Below are positions 38,980 through 46,224 of a DNA stretch of 64,000 nucleotides, one piece after another. The notes below the pieces were generated by a model. That model did no database searches and had not been told where the DNA came from. It worked only from the letters and a program-made list of their open reading frames with translations. Within the stretch, counting starts at the first letter, position 1. Each line of letters begins with the position of its first letter. The DNA comes from Thermoanaerobaculia bacterium (GTDB taxonomy: Bacteria; Acidobacteriota; Thermoanaerobaculia; UBA5066): contig CAWFJJ010000005.1 in assembly GCA_963816185.1 (NCBI GenBank), positions 160,001 through 224,000 on the forward strand, read 5' to 3'. The position numbers and the translations under genes were made by a program.

Positions 38980-39387
38980 ATGGCGGAGAAGAGAGTCCTC
39001 ATCGTCGACGACGACCCCGACGTCGTGGCCTACGTCACGTCCTTTCTCGAAGATCAGGGCTATGTCGCGCGATCGGCGGGCGACGCAGCCAGGGCCCTCG
39101 CCGTTCTCTCGAGTTATCGTCCCGACGCGATCCTGGTCGATGTGCTGATGCCCGGAAAGTCCGGACTCGACCTCCTCGTCACGCTGCGCCGCGACCCGCG
39201 CTGGCAGGACCTCCCGCTCGTCGTCGTCACCGGCATGGACCAGATTCTCGAGAAAGATTGTCAGTCGTACCTGCTCTCGCACGAGGGCATCAGCGGCCCG
39301 GACGCCGTGCTCGGCAAGCCCATCGACCGAAAGGCGCTCCTCGCCGTCCTCGCCTACGTCTGCGACCGTCTCCCTGCGCCTCGATGA
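38980..39387 (+). CDS. Stand-alone receiver-domain protein
   Basis: LIVDDD, ILVDVLMP, VTG, GKP. Confidence 0.92.
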   Translation: MAEKRVLIVDDDPDVVAYVTSFLEDQGYVARSAGDAARALAVLSSYRPDAILVDVLMPGKSGLDLLVTLRRDPRWQDLPLVVVTGMDQILEKDCQSYLLSHEGISGPDAVLGKPIDRKALLAVLAYVCDRLPAPR

Positions 39388-39449
39388 TCGAGAGCGGGGA
39401 GGACCTTGGATGGTTACCGCCCCGACGCGACCCGGTCTGGAGACGGGAC

Positions 39450-39465
39450 GTCACGGGAACGTAAC
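39450..39465. promoter_or_regulatory. Candidate enhancer site
   Basis: GTCAC-GGGAAC-GTAAC about 93 bp upstream of the -24 at 39559. Confidence 0.55.
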
Positions 39466-39557
39466 AGACGGGTGCGGCGTGTGGCGCATCGGTGCTCCCC
39501 CGGACGAGAGAGAGGCCGCAATTGCAGACAGATCATCGGGCATGACGTGGACGGAGG

Positions 39558-39573
39558 CGGCATCAGGTTTGCG
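39558..39573 (+). promoter_or_regulatory. Sigma54 -24/-12 promoter candidate
   Basis: CGGCATCAGGTTTGCG = GG-N10-GC with TTGC. Confidence 0.7.
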
Positions 39574-39614
39574 TTGAAGGAATTAGGCGCCGCTGAAGGT
39601 CTGCCGGAGGCCAC

Positions 39615-40010
39615 ATGACACAGCGAAGTGCAGTCGTCATCGACGACGAGCCGGACATCACTGCCTACCTCAGCGCCCTCCTTTCCGATCACGGCTGGAG
39701 GGTCCGTACCGCGAACGGAGTCGAGCAGGGGCTCAGACTCCTGGCCTTAGAGCGACCGGACGCGGTCCTCCTCGACCTCATGATGCCGGACCGAGGGGGT
39801 CTCACCGCTCTCGTGGCCATCCGAAAGGACCCTTCCCTCGCGGGGCTGCCGGTCGTCATCGTGAGCGGCATCCAGGAGAAGCTCACGTCCGACTACCACG
39901 CCTTCCTCGCCCGCGCCAAGCACCACCGGCCCGATGCCTATCTCGACAAGCCGGTCAACCCCAAGGAGCTGCTCCAGACCCTGGACAAGCTGGTCGCCGC
40001 AGCGGTCTGA
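39615..40010 (+). CDS. Stand-alone receiver-domain protein
   Basis: VIDDEP, LLDLMMP, VSG, DKP. Confidence 0.92.
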   Translation: MTQRSAVVIDDEPDITAYLSALLSDHGWRVRTANGVEQGLRLLALERPDAVLLDLMMPDRGGLTALVAIRKDPSLAGLPVVIVSGIQEKLTSDYHAFLARAKHHRPDAYLDKPVNPKELLQTLDKLVAAAV

Positions 40011-40041
40011 GCAGGATCCTCACCGAATCGCGGCGAAGCCG

Positions 40042-41541
40042 ATGCCGATCATCTTCCTCTGTAGCGTGCCCTTCGGTGGCGGCGAGAGACTCGCCCGCCG
40101 CCTCGCCGCAAAGCTGGACTATGCCTACCTGAGCCGCGAGGACGTCGTCGCCAAGGCCAACGAGTGCGGCATCCCCGTGGGCAAGCTCGAGGTGGCCATG
40201 GTCAAGAAGCCCGCGGTGCGCGAGCGCCTGGCCCGCCTCAAGGAGCGATACCTCGCCGTCGCGACAGCGACGATTTGCGAGAGGGCCGCCGAAGGGGACC
40301 TCGTGTATCACGGGCGCGCCGGCCATTTCCTTCTTCCGGGCGTCTCGCACGTCGTCCGCGTTCGCGTCATCCCGGAGCACGGCGAACGCCTCGAGACCGT
40401 GATACAGCGGACAAAGCTGCCGCGCGAGAAAGCGGAGGATTTCCTTCGCAACATCGACGCCGACATACACGACTGGGTGCAGTTCGTCCACGGCGTCGAC
40501 ATGGACGACCTCCGCCGCTACGACCTCGTGGTCAACCTGGAGAACATCAGCGTCGAGAACGCCGCCATGGCGCTCTGCGGCATCGCCGACCTGCCCGACT
40601 TCAAGCCGACGCCGGCGAGCCGGAAAGCGATGGAGGAGCGGCTCCTGCAAGCCCGCGCCCGAATCCGGCTGGCTCTCGACGAACGGACCGCCGAGTCGGA
40701 CTTGACGGTCCGCTCGAGCGATGGCGTCGTCACGGTCACGTACGTGCCCCGCCAGTCCGCCGTGGCGACGGCGATTCCGGAGGTCCTTCGCGATCTGCCC
40801 GGCTGCCGGGCGGTCCGCTGCACCGTCGCGAGCACCAACATCCTCTGGATTCAGGAAGAGTTCCGCCCGGACGCCGAAACATTGCCGCAGATCAACGAGC
40901 TCGCCCGGCGCTGGGGGGCGGCCGTAGAGCTCGTCCGCTACCGGACAGAGGCGGCTTCGGAGGCTGCACTCGCTCCGCACGCGGCCGGGCCGCTGCCGAG
41001 GCCGCCCGATGGCGGCGTGGAGGACGACGACGTCGAGACGGTTTCGACGTCCGAGCGAGACTTCCGCGAAACGCTGGAGCTCTTCGTCCACGAAGGGCGC
41101 TCCGGGGGAAGCCAGAGCGTCTCGGGAGGACCCGACCGGCTTCTCGCGGCGATCAATCCGGACATCAGCTACAGCCTCATGGTCCTGGGCGACGTCTTCC
41201 TCGACAGGCCGTCGGCCGCGCGCACCCGCATGGCGCGAGATCTGGCCAATTTCCTCGCGAGAAAGGTGAAGGCGCCGGTGATCGGGACCGCCGAGCTGTC
41301 CGCGAGGCTCCGCTTCAGCTTTGGCCAGGGAATCAAAGTCGCCGCGGCGCTGCTCGTCATCGTCGGCCTCTACGTGCTCATCTTCCACTACCAGGAGCCG
41401 CTCCTCGACGTGCTCGGCGGCGCTTACCACAAGAAACAGCCCTGGGCCGCTCCGGTCCTGGTGGCGCTCGTCGCGCCCACCGTGGCCGCGCTGTACGGGA
41501 TGGTGGCCTCGGCGCTTCTCAGGCTGATACGGCTGGAGTGA
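40042..41541 (+). CDS. Cytidylate-kinase-like domain + BON-like domain + C-terminal TM helices
   Basis: IIFLCSVPFGGGERLARRLAAKL, VYHGRAGHFLL, YDLVVNL, LTVRSSDGVVTV; hydrophobic C-terminus. Confidence 0.75.
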   Translation: MPIIFLCSVPFGGGERLARRLAAKLDYAYLSREDVVAKANECGIPVGKLEVAMVKKPAVRERLARLKERYLAVATATICERAAEGDLVYHGRAGHFLLPGVSHVVRVRVIPEHGERLETVIQRTKLPREKAEDFLRNIDADIHDWVQFVHGVDMDDLRRYDLVVNLENISVENAAMALCGIADLPDFKPTPASRKAMEERLLQARARIRLALDERTAESDLTVRSSDGVVTVTYVPRQSAVATAIPEVLRDLPGCRAVRCTVASTNILWIQEEFRPDAETLPQINELARRWGAAVELVRYRTEAASEAALAPHAAGPLPRPPDGGVEDDDVETVSTSERDFRETLELFVHEGRSGGSQSVSGGPDRLLAAINPDISYSLMVLGDVFLDRPSAARTRMARDLANFLARKVKAPVIGTAELSARLRFSFGQGIKVAAALLVIVGLYVLIFHYQEPLLDVLGGAYHKKQPWAAPVLVALVAPTVAALYGMVASALLRLIRLE

Positions 41542-41588
41542 GCGCGTGAGAGTCACCTTCCGCCTTCGATCCGACAAGGAGACGTGAA

Positions 41589-42665
41589 ATGCCCTCTGTG
41601 TTCGGCGACGTCTTCGTTCAGATCTCCTGGACGACCGCGCTCCTCGTCATCCTGCTCGGCTTCATCGGGGGAGTGCTGAGCGGCTTCATCGGCAGCGGGG
41701 GCGCCTTCTTCATGACGCCCGGCATGATGAACCTCGGCATCTCGGGCGTCGTCGCGGTCGGAAGCAACATCACGCACAAGTTCGGCAAGGCGCTCATCGG
41801 CGCTCGAAAGCACGCCCAGATGGGCAATGTCGACAAGCGCTTGGCGATGTATCTCCTCGTCACCGCGATCGCGGGGGTGCGACTCGCGGTCTGGATCAAC
41901 AGCAAGCTGTTCTCCGGCGGAGGCAAAGGCGCGGGGGCCGACCTCTACATCAGCACCGTCTTCATCACCATCCTGACGTTCGTCGGAATCTCGATGCTCC
42001 GCGATGCGATGCGCTCGACCTCGGAAGGCCAGGGCCCGTCACGCCGCATCATCGAGTTCCTCGCGCGGCTCAACCTCAAGCCGATCATCCGGTTCCCCGT
42101 GTCGGACGTGGACCTCTCTCTCTGGGTCGTGCTTCCCGTCGGCCTGGCGACCGGCTATCTGGCGGGCACCATCGGCGTCGGCGGCTTCATCGGGGTGCCC
42201 GCGATGATCTACATCTTCGGCATCCCCACGGCCGTGGCGGCCGGAACCGAGCTCTACCTCGCCATCTTCATGGGGGCCTTCGGCGCGCTGAATTACGCCT
42301 ACGAGGGGTGCGTCGATCTGCGCCTGACGTGCCTGCTGTTCCTCGGCTCGCTGTTGGGGGTCTACATCGGCGCGTACGGGGTCAAGGTCGTGAGCGAGCG
42401 CTACATCCGCCTCGTCACGGGCTTCATCATCCTGTTCTGCGTGGCCAGCCGAGCCGTCAACGTCCCCGTGTACCTGCGCCAACTGGGGGTCGTGAGGTAC
42501 GCCCCGGCCTGGGATCCCTGGTTCAACGGAAGCAGTACGGTGATTCTCTTCGCGGCGGGGATCGGCGGGGCCGCGCTCATCGTCTATGAGGTCTGGAAGG
42601 CCCACAGGGAGCGGCGCAGGATCCAGACGACGCTGCTCGTGAGCAGGGCGGCGACAACGTCCTGA
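41589..42665 (+). CDS. TauE/SafE-family sulfur-compound transporter
   Basis: SGFIGSGGAFFMTP, HKFGKA, GTIGVGGFIGVP. Confidence 0.9.
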   Translation: MPSVFGDVFVQISWTTALLVILLGFIGGVLSGFIGSGGAFFMTPGMMNLGISGVVAVGSNITHKFGKALIGARKHAQMGNVDKRLAMYLLVTAIAGVRLAVWINSKLFSGGGKGAGADLYISTVFITILTFVGISMLRDAMRSTSEGQGPSRRIIEFLARLNLKPIIRFPVSDVDLSLWVVLPVGLATGYLAGTIGVGGFIGVPAMIYIFGIPTAVAAGTELYLAIFMGAFGALNYAYEGCVDLRLTCLLFLGSLLGVYIGAYGVKVVSERYIRLVTGFIILFCVASRAVNVPVYLRQLGVVRYAPAWDPWFNGSSTVILFAAGIGGAALIVYEVWKAHRERRRIQTTLLVSRAATTS

Positions 42666-42677
42666 CGGGAGAGATCC

Positions 42678-43088
42678 ATGGAACGTCTCCAGGTGCTGGT
42701 CCTCGACGACGAACCCATCGTGGGCAAGCGGCTGCAGCCGGCTCTCGCCAAGGTCGGCTGCGACGTGGAGGTGTTCGACGCGCCTCGTCCGGCCCTCGAG
42801 CGAATCGAGGCAAAGCGGTTCGACGTCGTGGTGACCGACATTCGGATGGAAGAGATCGACGGCATTCAGGTCCTCGAGAGGGTCCTGGAGCGCTGGCCGG
42901 CCACCCTCGTGATCATGATCACCGGCTACGCCTCCGTCGAGGTCGCCCGAGAGGCCATTGCGAAGGGAGCCTTCGACTTCATCGCGAAACCTTTCAAGCC
43001 GCAGGAGCTTCGGGATGCGATCGCCAAAGCCGCGGATGCGCTCGGCTTCGCGGACGTCGGAAGGGCGGTCGTTCCGGAGGCCCCGTAG
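42678..43088 (+). CDS. Stand-alone receiver-domain protein
   Basis: VLDDEPIVG, VTDIRM, ITGYA, AKPF. Confidence 0.92.
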   Translation: MERLQVLVLDDEPIVGKRLQPALAKVGCDVEVFDAPRPALERIEAKRFDVVVTDIRMEEIDGIQVLERVLERWPATLVIMITGYASVEVAREAIAKGAFDFIAKPFKPQELRDAIAKAADALGFADVGRAVVPEAP

Positions 43089-43096
43089 GGAGGGCC

Positions 43097-44659
43097 ATGC
43101 CCCGAGACGGCTTGGACGCAGCCGCAAGCGGCCCCGACGCGATCAGTGTCGAGCGCGCTTTCCTCAAGCGTCCGAGCATCGGCATCCGGGCGCGACTGGT
43201 CACCAGCTTCCTCTCCTTCGTTTTGTTCGCGGTTGCGGTGACCATCGGGGCCTGGGTTCTGCTCGACCGCCTGGAAGGTCGCCTTCGCTTCCTGGAGGCC
43301 GCCGACCGCTACACGATGGAAATCCAGCAGACGCGACGCTTCGAGAAGAACTACTTCCTCTACGGAACGAACCTCTCCGACGTGCAGGACCACCTCGGAA
43401 ACGCGCGACATCTTCTCGAGGCCGCCGAGACGGATGCCGCTCGGGTGCTGACCTCGACCGAGCTCCGGCGGATGCGCGCCCATCTGAACGGCTACGAGTC
43501 TCTGATCGCGCGCCTCCTCTCCATTCAGGGCGGGCACTCTTCGGCGGACCCCCAGGAAAAGGGGGCCATCGAGACGGAGCTCCGGGACCACGGCTCTCAG
43601 ATGGTCGCCTTCGCCCTCGAGCTGGCCGACAAGGAGCGAAGCAGCGTCAATGCGACCCTCGGCCTCTTCAAGCGCCTTCCCGTGGCCTTTCTCGTATTCC
43701 TGTTCATCTTTTCGGTTTTCGTCGCCAACTTCCTCGCCCGCCAGATCGTCGGGCCTCTTTCTCGCCTCGGAGCCACCACGCAGCGAATCGCGAGCGGCGA
43801 TTTCACGCCCCTCACGCCCCAACGCTGGTACCGAGACGAATTCTCGAACTTTGCAATGGCCCTGAACACGATGATGCGGGAGCTCGCCCATCGGCAGGAG
43901 GTGTTGGTCAATTCGCACAAGCTCACGGCCATCGGAACGCTCACATCGGGGGTGGCCCACGAGCTGAACAACCCGATCAACAACATCACACTGACCGCCG
44001 AGATGCTCAAGGAGGATTACCGTGCCCTCGGGGACGAGCAGCGGCTCGACATGGTCAACGACCTGGTGGAGCAGGCCGGGCGGGCGCGGAAGATCGTGCG
44101 CAACCTGCTCGACTTCGCCCGGCAGAGCGAGATCACGACGCAGAAGCTCGATCTCGCCGAGGTCATCCGGGGTGCCACGGGGCTGGCCGCCAACCAGATC
44201 CGGCTCTCGGGCGCCCGGATTACGCTCGACGTCGCCTCCAACCTCCCCGCGATCCACGGCGACGGTCCGTCCCTGATCCAGGTCTTCGTCAACCTGCTGC
44301 TCAATGCCCTCGACGCGGTCGGAAAAGGGGGCCGGATCCGGATCGCCGCCGAGGGCCGGCAGGAGCCAGGCTGGGTCCGGGTGACGGTGACGGACGACGG
44401 CCAGGGGATCCCTGCTCACGCACTGCCGTACATCTTCGACCCCTTCTTCACGACGAAGCCAAGGGGGAAGGGAACGGGCCTCGGGCTCTCCGTGAGCCTC
44501 GGTATCGTGCGCCAGCACGGAGGTGACATCCGCGTCGAGAGCGAGCCGGGGAAAGGGACGACGGTGACCGTTCTTCTCCCGGCCGCGATGGTACCGGGGT
44601 TGCCCGAGACGGAGTCGCCGCCGGCTACGCCCGCTGCGAAGACTTTGCCACGAGCTTGA
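43097..44659 (+). CDS. Membrane histidine kinase with HAMP
   Basis: RRFEKNYFLY periplasmic motif, [16 protein letters not shown]. Confidence 0.93.
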   Translation: MPRDGLDAAASGPDAISVERAFLKRPSIGIRARLVTSFLSFVLFAVAVTIGAWVLLDRLEGRLRFLEAADRYTMEIQQTRRFEKNYFLYGTNLSDVQDHLGNARHLLEAAETDAARVLTSTELRRMRAHLNGYESLIARLLSIQGGHSSADPQEKGAIETELRDHGSQMVAFALELADKERSSVNATLGLFKRLPVAFLVFLFIFSVFVANFLARQIVGPLSRLGATTQRIASGDFTPLTPQRWYRDEFSNFAMALNTMMRELAHRQEVLVNSHKLTAIGTLTSGVAHELNNPINNITLTAEMLKEDYRALGDEQRLDMVNDLVEQAGRARKIVRNLLDFARQSEITTQKLDLAEVIRGATGLAANQIRLSGARITLDVASNLPAIHGDGPSLIQVFVNLLLNALDAVGKGGRIRIAAEGRQEPGWVRVTVTDDGQGIPAHALPYIFDPFFTTKPRGKGTGLGLSVSLGIVRQHGGDIRVESEPGKGTTVTVLLPAAMVPGLPETESPPATPAAKTLPRA

Positions 44660-44996
44660 CGAGGTCCTTGAGCTTGAACGGCTTGGTCAGGAATTGAACG
44701 GCGCCGAGCGCGTCCGCTTCGTGGCTGGTCTCGATGGTGGCATACCCCGTGATCACGATGACACGGGTGCCGGGGGCTTTCTCCCTGATGAAGCGCAGCA
44801 CGTCCATGCCGCTCGGCCCGCGCATCTTCACGTCCGTGACCAGAACCCCGAAGGCTTTTTCCTTCAGCCGGTCCATGGCCGCCGTGCTGTCCGTGAAGAC
44901 CTCGACGTAGAAGCCCTCCTTCTCGAGAGCTGGCCGAAGACGGTCCCCGACGATCGGCTCGTCATCCAGGACCATGACATCTCTGTTTGGAGGCAT
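44625..44996 (-). CDS. Stand-alone receiver-domain protein, paralog of 42678
   Basis: VLDDEPIVG, VTDVKM, ITGYA, TKPF. Confidence 0.9.
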   Translation of the reverse strand: MPPNRDVMVLDDEPIVGDRLRPALEKEGFYVEVFTDSTAAMDRLKEKAFGVLVTDVKMRGPSGMDVLRFIREKAPGTRVIVITGYATIETSHEADALGAVQFLTKPFKLKDLVKLVAKSSQRA

Positions 44997-45106
44997 CTTC
45001 TCCTCTGGCCGTACGGATCGCGAAGAAGGTATATCACTTCTCTCACGATAGACTGCAGTGCCGCCACGTGGGGAAAACCGGATCTCCAGAGTCCGAGGGT
45101 GCACTC

Positions 45107-46204
45107 GTGTCCTGGTTGAGCCGCGTTCTCCGCAAGCCGTCCGACGGAGATGCCCTCACGCTCCTGAGGCTGCGGACGACGCGCTTCCGCCAGCTCCTCG
45201 GGAGCTATGGGAAGCTTCTGGCGCTTCTCGAGGACGCGGCGGAAAAACAGGGTGGGGGCTTCATCTTCGACAGGCAGTACGTGATCGCCCTCGCCGAACA
45301 GCTTGCCGAGCTGGCCGACGCCGCGGTATACGACCTCAACGTCATCACGTCGCACGAGAATCTGGCGTTCTATGACGTAGCGGAACGACTACGGGACGAC
45401 CTGCGCCGCATCGTCGCGCGGAGATCCGAAAATCCCCCTCTGGCTGAATCCGAAGAAGAGGAGGAATACCGTCTCTTACGATCCGTTCGACGGGCGGTCT
45501 TCCCGTTGACGCTCGCCGACGCGCAGACGGAGCCCTCCCTGCGAGGCTGCAGGACAATTCACGACCTTGTGCATCTCGCCCGAAGTCTCTCCGGCGACGC
45601 CCTGTGTTCGCTGCTGACGGCCCGGCCCGGCGCCGCGAGTGGTCGCGTGCGGTTCGAGGGCTCCGCGGGGCGCGAAGCCCACGTCGTCGTCCTCGCAGGT
45701 TCTCTTCCGTCCGGCTCGCTTGCGCTCTCTGACGTTCCGTCGCGCCCGCTGCGGGCGTTTCTGGACGGCCTGCTGTTTCAACAAGGATCCGTAGGCTCGC
45801 CCCCGCCGGGCCGGCCGACGTGCACACTGGACGCCGCAGCGACGGACGAGCATTGTCTCGTCGTCAGGACTTTGCCAAGCGGGTTCGACATGCTCGACGC
45901 GACGGCGGGCGAGACGCCGGAGACGAACACGGTCTACTGTCGCTTCGCCCCTCGGGGCGAAGACGACCCTGAGGCCGCCCGTGGGACGTTGGCATCCGGC
46001 GTCCTCGCACGCCTGGGCTTCTCGGTGACCGTCACGAGACGTGAGGTGAGCGGCTGGACCCGCGGCCTCGCGTGCTCGGAGACAGGGGAGCGCGTCCGCA
46101 TCCTCGGGGGTCTTTCCCGTCGTCTGGCCGAGGTGAGTCTCGGTGGCTTCTCGCGCGATGAGATCGCGTCGAATGTGGAAGCCTTCGTGCGCGACGGAAC
46201 ATGA
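45107..46204 (+). CDS. Hypothetical protein; internally deleted paralog of the downstream PEP-utilising enzyme
   Basis: RFRQLL and CRTIHDLVH mirror RYRVLRRLL and CRSVHDIVRF of the next gene; no ATP-grasp or His domain. Confidence 0.65.
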   Translation: MSWLSRVLRKPSDGDALTLLRLRTTRFRQLLGSYGKLLALLEDAAEKQGGGFIFDRQYVIALAEQLAELADAAVYDLNVITSHENLAFYDVAERLRDDLRRIVARRSENPPLAESEEEEEYRLLRSVRRAVFPLTLADAQTEPSLRGCRTIHDLVHLARSLSGDALCSLLTARPGAASGRVRFEGSAGREAHVVVLAGSLPSGSLALSDVPSRPLRAFLDGLLFQQGSVGSPPPGRPTCTLDAAATDEHCLVVRTLPSGFDMLDATAGETPETNTVYCRFAPRGEDDPEAARGTLASGVLARLGFSVTVTRREVSGWTRGLACSETGERVRILGGLSRRLAEVSLGGFSRDEIASNVEAFVRDGT

Positions 46205-46224
46205 AGGCGGAGCGGTTCTGACCG

